IMG/VR virus record: IMGVR_UViG_2939319381_000001
Coordinates: 27,309 to 91,308 of that record
Origin: a virus
Taxonomy: Duplodnaviria > Caudoviricetes
DNA: 64,000 bases
Direction: 5' to 3' (one strand)
Shown: positions 1 to 8,590 of the stretch, one piece after another
Numbering within the stretch: position 1 is the stretch's first letter
Layout: each line of letters begins with the position of its first letter
Translations under genes and position numbers: made by a program
Notes under the pieces: generated by a model
Told to the model about the DNA's origin: nothing
Seen by the model: the letters and a program-made list of their open reading frames with translations, nothing else
Databases searched by the model: none

Positions 1-119
1 TTGTCAGGGTGGATGATCGCCGCCCACGCTTCGGGGTCCCTTGTCGGCGGGTGGATGTTGGAGACGATGAGTTGTTCGTACTCGTTGTCGGGTAGCTGGG
101 CGATCTCTTCAGCGTCCAC
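1..119 (-). CDS. 5' part of hypothetical protein running off the window edge (MDAEEIAQLPDNEYEQLIVSNIHPP...)
   Basis: Read manually: GTG at 119 preceded by GGAGG on the minus strand; open to the window edge. Confidence 0.6.
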   Translation of the reverse strand, partial: MDAEEIAQLPDNEYEQLIVSNIHPPTRDPEAWAAIIHPD

Positions 120-157
120 TACTGGCCTCCAAGCCGGTGTTGGGCGGTCCTGAGTTC

Positions 158-180
158 ATAGTGGCGCACGGGTCTGACAA
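158..180 (-). promoter_or_regulatory. Candidate RecA-NDp-like (LexA-independent DNA-damage) promoter
   Basis: Minus strand TTGTCAGAC-N8-CACTAT resembles the actinobacterial tTGTCRgtg-N8-TAnnnT motif; lies upstream of the gene starting at 119. Confidence 0.35.
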
Positions 181-248
181 GCACTCTGATACGCCGAAAT
201 AGGTCAGACCGATGCGCTACGGCTCTCGCCGGATGGGGCGGGCCTCGT

Positions 249-431
249 TCAGGTCCGTCGGCCGAGCGTGGCCGCCATGGGCCAGACGCCGCCGAGAACG
301 GTGACGGCCCCGCCGAGGTGCTGGAGCTGTTCTCCGGTGAGGGTGAGCAGTCCGCAGAGGGCGATGGTCATGGCGGCGGCCGCGATGTGTGCGGGGGTCG
401 GGTTCTGGCCGGGCAGGTGGTTATCGGTCAT
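249..431 (-). CDS. Small membrane protein
   Basis: MTDNHLPGQ... with two hydrophobic segments; start trimmed from ORF 249..569. Confidence 0.5.
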   Translation of the reverse strand: MTDNHLPGQNPTPAHIAAAAMTIALCGLLTLTGEQLQHLGGAVTVLGGVWPMAATLGRRT

Positions 432-585
432 CGTGGGGGCCTTCCGGGGCGTGGTGGGTGGTGCTGGTGGACGATGGGGCCACCACGCCGGAGGGCCTCC
501 TGGGGGAGGACCGGTTGGGAGACGCACCGCGGGCCTTAGGCCTCGGAACCGGTGGCCCGGGGTGCGCACCCAACATACCCACTCT

Positions 586-604
586 CGTATTGCTAAGCAA
601 TACG
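586..604. promoter_or_regulatory. Palindromic operator CGTATTGC-N3-GCAATACG
   Basis: AT-rich inverted repeat; near-identical copy at 50508-50526. Confidence 0.55.
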
Positions 605-623
605 GTTCGAGGTTCCGGGTAAT

Positions 624-2039
624 TCAGAACGGCGCCGGGCTGCACTCCTCGGCATCGGCCGGCTGGTAGCGAGCGGCTTCAACCTCCCACCACGCAAGGC
701 CCTCCGTCTCGGCGGAGTCCTCCACAAACGGCTCGCCGGGCTGTGCGGCCCTCTGCGGCGGCAGGGCAGCCTCGGCGGAACCGGTGCCCGCCCGGGCGGA
801 GTTCGCGCCCTGGCGAGGCGGCTGGGCGCGCAGCCGGGCCCGTTCCGCCCGCCAGTCCGCCAACCGCTCCACACACAGCCGGCACACCTCCTTGGTGTCG
901 ACGTCCGCCCCGTTCTCGCACCGCAGATCCGGACACGCGAACCGGTCCCCACGCCGCAACGGCCGCACCAACGCGACCGCGACCCCCACCGGGCTGTCGA
1001 ATGCCTTCTCCTGGGCCCAGATGTCCGCGAACCCGTGATTCGCCCACCGGAACCAGATCCGGTCCCGCATCTGCTCCACCGTTCGCCCCTCCGCCATCGC
1101 GCCCAGGATCGCGTCCGACAGCACCGGCAGATCCGGCAGGTCGCTCTCGAGGAGCTCCGGCGGGAAGAACGCCCGCACCCGGCGAACCAGGTCCAGCTGG
1201 TCCCGGGAGTGGGCCGCCTTCTTGCTGCCGCTTTTCGCCGTTCCGGCCGCCGTGCCGCGGGTGTCGGTCTTCGGGGTGGGGGAGGGGCTGGTCTTGCGGG
1301 ACGCGGCGGAGCCGCCTTCACGCGCACGCCCGCTACTACCTGCAGAGGGCCTACGGCCGTCACCAGGGCTACGCCCTGAAAGGGCATCTCCACCGGTAGC
1401 CGTACCAAAAGAAGGAACCAGAGGGCCGTCACGTTCAGGCTGCTCAGGTGCCGGATCCGGGTCGGAATTTGAACCCCGTGGGTCGGAATTCAAACCCGCC
1501 GGGTCGGAATTCCGACCCGTACCCTCCTCCGGGGCATCGCCATCGCCCTCCGGGTCGGAATTCCGACCCGCCTCCCGCGCGGCCGTCATCTCAGCGATGT
1601 GGCCCAGCTTGACCTCGGCGTTTCGCCATCCGGCGTACCCCTCGGGAGGCATGTCGTTGATCCGGAGCCGCATGGTGCGCTGTGCCGCCCCGGCGCGAGA
1701 CGACGTCTTCACCGGGCCGCCCTCCGGTGTGGAGATCAGGCCGACGCTGGACAGGCCGGCCAGCATCCCGCGCACGCGCGTCAGGCTGCTCGGCTTCCCG
1801 TTCGGCCCGGGGATCAGGTCGCACAGGACAGCCAGAGTCAGCTTGCGGACCGGGTTCTTGTACTTCTCGACCACCAGCGCCCGTAGGACGAGGTAAGCCC
1901 GCACGTCCGGGTCCCGCAGGAAGGGACACAGGGCGATCCAGTCGTGCACGCGCGTCGTGAACCAGCCCCCGTCCTCGGGGCCGTACAGCTCGACCGTGGT
2001 GTCCTCGGGCAGGCCGAACTGGAACTCATCGGCACTCAT
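624..2039 (-). CDS. Putative replication initiator (lambda O-like organisation, N-terminal wHTH, C-terminal Cys cluster)
   Basis: N-terminal 'DVRAYLVLRAL...KLTLAVLCDLI...TRVRGMLAGLSSVGLI' wHTH-like segment, a low-complexity linker containing iterons, and CPDLRC...CRLC. Confidence 0.6.
   Translation of the reverse strand: MSADEFQFGLPEDTTVELYGPEDGGWFTTRVHDWIALCPFLRDPDVRAYLVLRALVVEKYKNPVRKLTLAVLCDLIPGPNGKPSSLTRVRGMLAGLSSVGLISTPEGGPVKTSSRAGAAQRTMRLRINDMPPEGYAGWRNAEVKLGHIAEMTAAREAGRNSDPEGDGDAPEEGTGRNSDPAGLNSDPRGSNSDPDPAPEQPERDGPLVPSFGTATGGDALSGRSPGDGRRPSAGSSGRAREGGSAASRKTSPSPTPKTDTRGTAAGTAKSGSKKAAHSRDQLDLVRRVRAFFPPELLESDLPDLPVLSDAILGAMAEGRTVEQMRDRIWFRWANHGFADIWAQEKAFDSPVGVAVALVRPLRRGDRFACPDLRCENGADVDTKEVCRLCVERLADWRAERARLRAQPPRQGANSARAGTGSAEAALPPQRAAQPGEPFVEDSAETEGLAWWEVEAARYQPADAEECSPAPF
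1459..1569. repeat. Four 18-bp palindromic iterons (GGGTCGGAATTCCGACCC and variants); putative origin
   Basis: Copies start at 1459, 1480, 1501 (21-bp period) and 1552; the last two are perfect palindromes. Confidence 0.8.
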
Positions 2040-2271
2040 CCGCTCACCCCCGCCATACGGACGACCACGGAGCGTGCACTTGCGGGGGTGCGGGGCACTA
2101 CCGGTACTCTCGGGCGCATGAGCGACCTCGTTCTTTGAGCAGAGTGGACGTTCTGTGGGCAGCGGGCTGGAACCCGCTGTTGTGCTTGGAGGCCCGGTGG
2201 TGCTGCGATCCACCGGGCTTTCGCATGTCCAGGACTACCGCGTACTGCGGCTATGGCCGGGCGTAAGCGGT

Positions 2272-2805
2272 TCACGACTCGCCGCCCGCCGCGTGGCGCA
2301 CGCGAAATCGACCGTTGTTCTGGAGAAGCCCGTCCGACCGCAGTAGTTCCAAGGCGGAGCGCGTCATGGCCCGTGAGGTGGCATATTGCTCGCTGAGGAC
2401 GCCCACAGCTGGGAGGCAACTACCTGGTGGGTACTTGCCAGCGTGTACAGCGCTTCGGATCTGCTCCGCCAGCACTCGGGTTTCCGTCGTCAAGGCAGGG
2501 TCACTCTTCCGGTTGCTGGTACGCCAACCGGCGCCAAGTCGGTGGGTGTCTCCGAATCTCGGTCTCTCCAACCGCTCGATCTCTTCCTCCGCGAGGAGCG
2601 CGGCCTTCCTGTTTTCGCGCCAAGTGATGTCCGCTTGGGCAACCCAGTGCCACCAGAGCTTTCGGTTGGCGTGATCCTTGAGGCGGGTTTCGGGGGCCAC
2701 TGAGATGCCGACGTACAGGAGTTCGCCACTTCCGTTCAGTAGCCGGTACACCGCAGTGCGGCCTGTGTACTCCGCGTTCCACGGAGACTCCATGCTGCTT
2801 GTCAC
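2272..2805 (-). CDS. GIY-YIG nuclease domain fused to GntR-type wHTH
   Basis: 'TAVYRL...LLYVGIS...RLKDH' plus 'LAEQIRSAVHAGKYPPGSCLP...LSEQYATSRAMTRSALELL'. Confidence 0.75.
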   Translation of the reverse strand: MTSSMESPWNAEYTGRTAVYRLLNGSGELLYVGISVAPETRLKDHANRKLWWHWVAQADITWRENRKAALLAEEEIERLERPRFGDTHRLGAGWRTSNRKSDPALTTETRVLAEQIRSAVHAGKYPPGSCLPAVGVLSEQYATSRAMTRSALELLRSDGLLQNNGRFRVRHAAGGES

Positions 2806-3104
2806 GGCTGGCTCCCTTCGTCTCCTCCGGCGTGCCCTGGGCGCCGGTAGTTCTGGCGGAAGAACTTGAGGAACGGCTCTGTCTCCATGAGGAGCGCATT
2901 ACCGGCCTCTCCGTACGGGTACGGCCTATCAACGCCGAAGGGCCACACGTCGGCGTAGAGCTTCGACGTGGCGATGTGGCGGACGCCTTCGCGGGTGATG
3001 CTGTCGACGATCTTGAGCTTCACGAGGAGCTGGGCCCCGGATGTGAAGGTGACGGCCGGCGGCAGCCGTGTTTCTTCCTGATCTTGCTTCTTGCGGGCGC
3101 TCAT
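2802..3104 (-). CDS. Hypothetical, possibly DNA-binding protein
   Basis: MSARKKQDQEE...; GGAG RBS; coupled to the downstream gene. Confidence 0.6.
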   Translation of the reverse strand: MSARKKQDQEETRLPPAVTFTSGAQLLVKLKIVDSITREGVRHIATSKLYADVWPFGVDRPYPYGEAGNALLMETEPFLKFFRQNYRRPGHAGGDEGSQP

Positions 3105-3292
3105 CGGCGTCTCCGCACGTCGCGACCACTTGGCGGATTGCCAAGTGAAGGCGATACGCTCATGACGAATCTCCCTAGCTGGGGGTTCACGCAGCCACTT
3201 GTCTTCGCAGGTCGGTGGCTGTAAGGGGCGGTCGGCCGGGTGATGACCGGTCGGCCGTCCGCGCGTCCGGCTGGATGCCGGGGCGGACAAGA

Positions 3293-4039
3293 TCAGGCGT
3301 TATCAGCCCCTTCCTGCGGGCGTAGCGACGTGGTCCAGCGGAGGATCGTCGACCCCTCTGCAACCTTCACGGCCACCTCGACGACACGGCCATCTTCGAG
3401 CGTCACCGTGCGGACGACCTGAGTGACGACCACGTCAGTGGCAGTCAGGCCCAAGGTCTCCTTCTCGGCCGCCGTGGCGAGCCGGCTGGTGACCTCCTCG
3501 AGGACCTGGTCCTGAGCAACGCCCAGCCGGGACGCGGCGAGCTCCCTCGAGGCGCCGGTCGAAACCGGCTCCTGAAGCTCGGGGGTCACCGCGATCACGT
3601 AGGCCGGGTAATAGCTGCTGCTCAGATGAACCGGCATCCCGCCCCTGCTCACCACGCGCCGCCGCACCTGCACCGGCGTGCCCGGGGGCACCTCGAGTCG
3701 GGGCGCGACCAGCGCATCAGCGCCGACAGTGCCCACCTCGAGGATTCGCGACGACTCACCGCGCTCCAGGGCGCTACCCGTAGCCGCATGCATTGCGACA
3801 CGGGTGCCGATACCAGTGCTGGCCGGCGCGGCCACGATCGTCCCGACGCCCGGCTTGGTGAGGGTCAGCCCTTCCATCTTGAGGACCCGGTATGCGCGGT
3901 TCACGGTCGTGTGAGCAACGCCGAAGCGCGCGCCGGACTCCTTGAGGCTCGGCATCGTGTCGCCGGGCCGGAGCGTTCCGTCCTGGATCTGCTGGCGAAA
4001 GTGCGCAGCGATCTCCGCGTACCCGGGTGTCTTGGACAT
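3293..4039 (-). CDS. GntR/HutC-family repressor (KorA/TraR-like transfer regulator)
   Basis: GntR wHTH 'YAEIAAHFRQQIQDGTLRPGDTMPS' plus UTRA domain; divergent from the transfer operon. Confidence 0.9.
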   Translation of the reverse strand: MSKTPGYAEIAAHFRQQIQDGTLRPGDTMPSLKESGARFGVAHTTVNRAYRVLKMEGLTLTKPGVGTIVAAPASTGIGTRVAMHAATGSALERGESSRILEVGTVGADALVAPRLEVPPGTPVQVRRRVVSRGGMPVHLSSSYYPAYVIAVTPELQEPVSTGASRELAASRLGVAQDQVLEEVTSRLATAAEKETLGLTATDVVVTQVVRTVTLEDGRVVEVAVKVAEGSTILRWTTSLRPQEGADNA

Positions 4040-4123
4040 GTCCTGCCTCCCTTCTCTGTCGTGGACTGCCCACTTCGTTGTGTGCAGCTGTGTCCCTATG
4101 AGAGTAGTCGACGAAAACTTCCC

Positions 4124-4139
4124 GCGCTACTAGTAGCGC
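4124..4139. promoter_or_regulatory. Palindrome GCGCTACTAGTAGCGC, candidate GntR operator
   Basis: Perfect 16-bp palindrome in the divergent intergenic region. Confidence 0.5.
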
Positions 4140-4293
4140 CGGGGGTCGCGATGGGTCTACATTGAGGTTGTCGGGAACGACGGCGGTCCGAAAACGCCGA
4201 AGGGCCCAGGTGTGTCATCACCTGGGCCCGGAGGGGGCCGCCGAAACAGCCCGGCGGACCGTGTCCCACCTGCTCAACCAGGAGGAGATCCGC

Positions 4294-4647
4294 GTGAATC
4301 AGCGTAGCCGCATCACCGGACAGACCGCACCCACCACCACCCCCACCGAGCGCGTCTCCCGCGCCGACCAGATCATCGCCTTCCGCATCATGCGCGAGAC
4401 CGAGATCGCCCCCAGCTGGTGGGCACGCCCCATCGAGATCGGCGAGACCGTCTCCGGCTTCGTGGCCGACCAGTTCTGCACCGAGCAGAACGCCGAGACG
4501 ATGGACCGGAACCGGCTCAAGAGGCACCGCTACTACGCCGAGCCGATCTACGCCCCCACCGCCAACTCCGACGCCGACGAGGCCCTCCGCCGCGTCCAGG
4601 GCCGACCCGCCCCCACCACCACGCCGCGCACCCCGGCGGTGGCCTGA
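4294..4647 (+). CDS. Hypothetical protein, first gene of transfer/spread operon
   Basis: AGGAGG RBS before GTG; coding-like codon bias. Confidence 0.7.
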   Translation: MNQRSRITGQTAPTTTPTERVSRADQIIAFRIMRETEIAPSWWARPIEIGETVSGFVADQFCTEQNAETMDRNRLKRHRYYAEPIYAPTANSDADEALRRVQGRPAPTTTPRTPAVA

Positions 4648-4880
4648 TGGAAGACACCCTGCTCCGCCTCGCGATCGCCGGCATCATCGGCTCGCTGACC
4701 ATCCTGTTCTTCCTCCGCACCCACCGGATCCCCGCCTGGGCGCTCCTCGCCATCTCGTCCGCACTGGCCGCGGTCGTGGCGAGCAACTGGGCGTACCGGG
4801 CCTTCCACATGGCCTGCACCATCACCTCGGTCTACGCCCTCGTGTCCGAGACGCGCCAGAACCGGGAGGCGCAGCGATGA
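4647..4880 (+). CDS. Small membrane protein (Spd-like)
   Basis: MEDTLLRLAIAGIIG... hydrophobic; TGATG coupling. Confidence 0.65.
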   Translation: MEDTLLRLAIAGIIGSLTILFFLRTHRIPAWALLAISSALAAVVASNWAYRAFHMACTITSVYALVSETRQNREAQR

Positions 4881-5317
4881 GCACCGCCGACGACCGCGCC
4901 CGCGCGCAGGCCCTCCTCGACGAGCTGTACCGGCTGAACGGCGCCGACACCCTCGGCAACCCCAACCAGGCCGCGGCCACCCGCATCCAGGTCCGCACCG
5001 CCGACGGCCAGCTGGTCGACGAAGCGCTCCTCTCCGCCCGGTCCACCGACGAGACCACCCTCGCCATCAGCGCCGTCGCCGAGTACGCCCTCGTGATGCC
5101 CGCCGACTACCAGGCCGGCCGCGGCACCCCCACCCCCAAGGTCGACGACCTCCTCATGGCCGACATCGAGGACCACTTCGCCGACGTCGACCTCGACGAC
5201 CTCACCCGGACCGCCCTCAACGGCGCAGCCCCGGCTGACCGCATGGCCGTCACCCGCGCCATCGACGACATGTTCGGCCACATCCCGCACTGGGACGCCG
5301 AGGACGGCGACCTGTGA
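4877..5317 (+). CDS. Hypothetical protein
   Basis: RBS; ATGA coupling. Confidence 0.7.
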   Translation: MSTADDRARAQALLDELYRLNGADTLGNPNQAAATRIQVRTADGQLVDEALLSARSTDETTLAISAVAEYALVMPADYQAGRGTPTPKVDDLLMADIEDHFADVDLDDLTRTALNGAAPADRMAVTRAIDDMFGHIPHWDAEDGDL

Positions 5318-5721
5318 TGGCCACCGCCGACCCCTACGGACCCGTCCACACCACCGGCAACGCCGTGCCGCCCCTGGACACCGACCTCTCCGGGGCCCTG
5401 GAGGACCTCGCCGGCATCCACCCCGGCATTGACCTCATCCGCGACGGCATCCGCCTCCTCGCCCTCGACCGCCACACGGTCGACGGCACCCAGACGCTCC
5501 TCGCGACCCTCGCCGGATCCGCCGGCGCCGACGTCATCACCGCAGTCGGCCACCTTGTCGCCCGGCTCGCCAACTCGGACCTCAACCCGGCGCTCCGCAA
5601 CCTCCCCTTCGACGCACAGAAGACCGCCCAGCGGCACGGCGAACAGGCCGCCTTCCACCTGTCCGACCCCGACCTCGCCGACCACGCGAGCGAAGCATCC
5701 GCAGCGATCACCGGCACCTGA
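5314..5721 (+). CDS. Hypothetical protein
   Basis: Coupled ORF with coding-like codon bias. Confidence 0.7.
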   Translation: MMATADPYGPVHTTGNAVPPLDTDLSGALEDLAGIHPGIDLIRDGIRLLALDRHTVDGTQTLLATLAGSAGADVITAVGHLVARLANSDLNPALRNLPFDAQKTAQRHGEQAAFHLSDPDLADHASEASAAITGT

Positions 5722-5782
5722 CCACCACTGACCGCGGTGCCCGGACCCCCAGCCGGGCACCGCCCCACCGAAAGGACCCACC

Positions 5783-6001
5783 GTGACCGCCACCGAATTC
5801 CGCCAGCAGCACGGAGACCCCGCCGGCTGGACCACCGCCGACATCGAAGCCCAGCAGAACCTCGCCGCCTGCGACGCCCTTCACCACCTCCCCGGCGGCA
5901 CCCCCGGCCGAGGCAAAGGCAACCCGCTCTCGAACCTCGCCCCCACCGACATCAAGGCCGCCGCCGACCGCCTCCGCCAGCTCCTCGCCCCCGCCGCCTG
6001 A
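5783..6001 (+). CDS. Hypothetical protein
   Basis: AAGGA RBS; codon bias. Confidence 0.65.
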   Translation: MTATEFRQQHGDPAGWTTADIEAQQNLAACDALHHLPGGTPGRGKGNPLSNLAPTDIKAAADRLRQLLAPAA

Positions 6002-6153
6002 TGGCCCGCCGCCTACGCCGCTTACGCCGCACCAGCCCCCTCGCCCGCTACGGCTTCCTCACCCTCACCCTCCTCGCCCTCGCCACCAACCAACCCATCC
6101 CCGCCCTCATCTGCGCCGCCGCCACCACATACGCCTGGAAAGGACACCGATGA
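6001..6153 (+). CDS. Small membrane protein
   Basis: MARRLRRLRR...FLTLTLLALA; coupled on both sides. Confidence 0.55.
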   Translation: MARRLRRLRRTSPLARYGFLTLTLLALATNQPIPALICAAATTYAWKGHR

Positions 6154-6431
6154 CTTCGCTCTCCCTCGCCCTCCGCCACCACCGCGAAACCACCACCCGC
6201 GACCTTGCCCAGCACATCACCACCAACCCCGACACCCACCCCGAGCTCCTCGAGAACCTCAACCAGCTGTGGCAGAAGCAGCCCGCCGACCACACCAGTG
6301 ACGACCTGGCCTGGATCGCAGCCGTAACCGCCCTCTCGCCGGAACTCCGCACGCATCTTCGGGACCAGGCCTACGCCGCCAGGCAGCACGCCGCCGCCCG
6401 ATGCCTTACCTACACCAACGCCACCGCCTAA
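6150..6431 (+). CDS. Hypothetical protein
   Basis: RBS; coupled ORF. Confidence 0.6.
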   Translation: MTSLSLALRHHRETTTRDLAQHITTNPDTHPELLENLNQLWQKQPADHTSDDLAWIAAVTALSPELRTHLRDQAYAARQHAAARCLTYTNATA

Positions 6432-6467
6432 CCCGCCCCCACACGCACCCGAAAGGAAACCCGGCCC

Positions 6468-7664
6468 ATGCTGTCCCAGCTGCGCAACACGGTCGAGCAG
6501 GTGCCCGTCCAGGCATGGGTCACCCTCCTCGCCCTCACCACCCTCGCCTTCGGCTACCGCATCGCCCTGAAGTCCCGCCCCCGCACCACCAAGCCCAAGC
6601 CGGCCCGCGACCCCAAGAAGCGCCGCACCATCACCGGCTTCCTCGGCATGGGCCTCGTCGTACTCCTCGGCTTCGGCCTCTCCGCCGACACCAGCATCGT
6701 CTTCGCCGAAGCCCGACTCCACATGGAGTCCCCCTGGACCCTCACCGTCGGCCTCGCCCTCGAAGGCATCGTCCTCGGCCTCACCCTCTACTCCTGGGCC
6801 TTCGAGGACAAAGGCACCGCACGCGCCGCGTACCTCCTCGTCCTCGCCCAGGCCATCGGCGCCATCGAAGTCGTCCGCTTCCAGAACGAAGACCTCGGCA
6901 CCGCAGCCGTACGCATCGTCGGCCCCGTCATGCTCGCCTACGGACTCCACAAGCTCCTCGGACTCGAGACCAAGCTCAAGAAGATCGAAATCACGTCCGA
7001 CGGCATCCTCGCCCGAGCCTGGCGCGACCGCCTCAAGCGCATCGAATCCAAACTCGGCATCGGATCCCGCGGCGCCGACGCCGAAGCGATCTCCCGCAGC
7101 AACGCCGCCGACAAGTTCGTCGACCTCAACTCCGTCGGCAAGCCCCGGACCATGACCACCCGCCAGTACCGGCGCGCCCTCGTCCGCGCCGGCCGGGCCG
7201 CCCTCCACGGACTCGACGGACTGGAACGGCAGATGGCCGAAGCTCGCCTCGTCGACCGCATCGCCTTCGAGAAGGGCATGCAGATGGGTGGCGAGCACTT
7301 CGAGACCGCCCTCATGCGCGGAGTGCGTTCGAACACCGGACCGCTCAATCTGGATGCGGCCCCTCCGGTTGGCGGCGACCTCCTGACCAGCGCGGCTACC
7401 GAAGCCGCACCCTCCGGCCAGACCGAAACCACACCCGAGCCGCACGCCTCCAAGCCGCAGCCGCGTTCGAGCCCCGCCGCAACCGACGCCGAGCGGAAGT
7501 CGCGCGCCTTCGAGGTCTACGCCGACCTCGGCCAGCCCTCCCAGCGCGCCTTCATCAAGCAGTGGCGAGCCCTCGGCTACGGGGAGACCGACCAGACCCT
7601 CCGCGACCTCTACGACGAAATGCACGCCGCCTTCGAGAAGGCCCGCAAGGGGAGCACCGACTGA
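6468..7664 (+). CDS. Multi-pass membrane protein with C-terminal helical/HTH-like end (SpdB2-like spread protein)
   Basis: About five hydrophobic segments followed by a soluble tail; position in a Streptomyces-type transfer operon. Confidence 0.6.
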   Translation: MLSQLRNTVEQVPVQAWVTLLALTTLAFGYRIALKSRPRTTKPKPARDPKKRRTITGFLGMGLVVLLGFGLSADTSIVFAEARLHMESPWTLTVGLALEGIVLGLTLYSWAFEDKGTARAAYLLVLAQAIGAIEVVRFQNEDLGTAAVRIVGPVMLAYGLHKLLGLETKLKKIEITSDGILARAWRDRLKRIESKLGIGSRGADAEAISRSNAADKFVDLNSVGKPRTMTTRQYRRALVRAGRAALHGLDGLERQMAEARLVDRIAFEKGMQMGGEHFETALMRGVRSNTGPLNLDAAPPVGGDLLTSAATEAAPSGQTETTPEPHASKPQPRSSPAATDAERKSRAFEVYADLGQPSQRAFIKQWRALGYGETDQTLRDLYDEMHAAFEKARKGSTD

Positions 7665-7921
7665 TGACCAGCCAAGGAGCCGACATGAAAGCCCAGTGGA
7701 ACGCCGAAACGGCGCAGGCCGCCTTGAACCTTCTAGCGGCCGCGCAGGAGCGGATTGAGTCCGCGCTCAAGGTCGCCTCCCCCGGCGATGCCATGGAACG
7801 GCACCGGGCAGCCGCGACGGCGCCCGTCCGCCTGTCCATCAGCCTCGACGTCTCCGACCTGGACCAGATCGGCAACGACCTGCACGCCTTCAACGTGCAG
7901 GTCAGCAAGGAGAACACCTGA
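7664..7921 (+). CDS. Hypothetical protein
   Basis: MTSQGADMKAQW...; coupled on both sides. Confidence 0.55.
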   Translation: MTSQGADMKAQWNAETAQAALNLLAAAQERIESALKVASPGDAMERHRAAATAPVRLSISLDVSDLDQIGNDLHAFNVQVSKENT

Positions 7922-8469
7922 TGGACAGCGAGCGCGATTACATCGAGGCGAGGTTCCAGAACCTGACCTCCGGCCAGTGGGAGCAGCCCGCTGCAGCCCC
8001 CTACGGGCCGGCCGCCAGGGTGCCGATGACGGCGCAGACCAAGGCCGCTTTGGCCATGGTCGGGCTGGTCATCGCCGGGGGCACCGCGGTGGGCGTCAGC
8101 GCCTTCAGCGCCTCGTCCGGCCAGGCCGAGGTGCGGGCGCAGGAACTCGCTCTCCAGGCGCAGCAGCTGGAGGTGGAGAGGGCCAAGGTGAATGCCCCGG
8201 ACGCGAAAGCGGAGGAGCGTCGGGTGGCCGGTTTCCAGGCGTGCATCGAGAAGGCCGAGTACGACAAGGATGTCTGCGCGCAGGCGTTCCCGGCACCCAA
8301 CGTGGGGCTGTCCGGACGGGCCTTCGGTGCCGCCAATGCCTCTTCCGTTTCTGACAGCGACCAGGGCGGAGGGATCAACGTCACCAGTGGTCTCGTGATC
8401 GCCGGGGTGGTTGTTGGCGGGGTCGCTTTCCTGGTCCGCAAGGCTGGCCGGACACATAACGCCGAGTAG
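7921..8469 (+). CDS. Membrane protein with coiled coil (Spd-like)
   Basis: N- and C-terminal hydrophobic segments with a central coiled coil. Confidence 0.65.
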   Translation: MDSERDYIEARFQNLTSGQWEQPAAAPYGPAARVPMTAQTKAALAMVGLVIAGGTAVGVSAFSASSGQAEVRAQELALQAQQLEVERAKVNAPDAKAEERRVAGFQACIEKAEYDKDVCAQAFPAPNVGLSGRAFGAANASSVSDSDQGGGINVTSGLVIAGVVVGGVAFLVRKAGRTHNAE

Positions 8470-8470
8470 T

Positions 8471-8567
8471 TTCCTTCCCTCCTTCCTTCCCGCCCGGAAA
8501 GCCTGCCACCCGCCCTCGTGGGGCCTCTGAAAAGGGTCTTTCGGGCGGGAAGGAAGGAGGGAAGGAA
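8471..8567. repeat. Long inverted repeat of CCTTCC-rich arms (candidate cis-acting transfer locus or terminator)
   Basis: Arms 8471-8501 and 8538-8567 are complementary except for one indel. Confidence 0.7.
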
Positions 8568-8590
8568 GTCACACATAGTGAGGATTTCTT

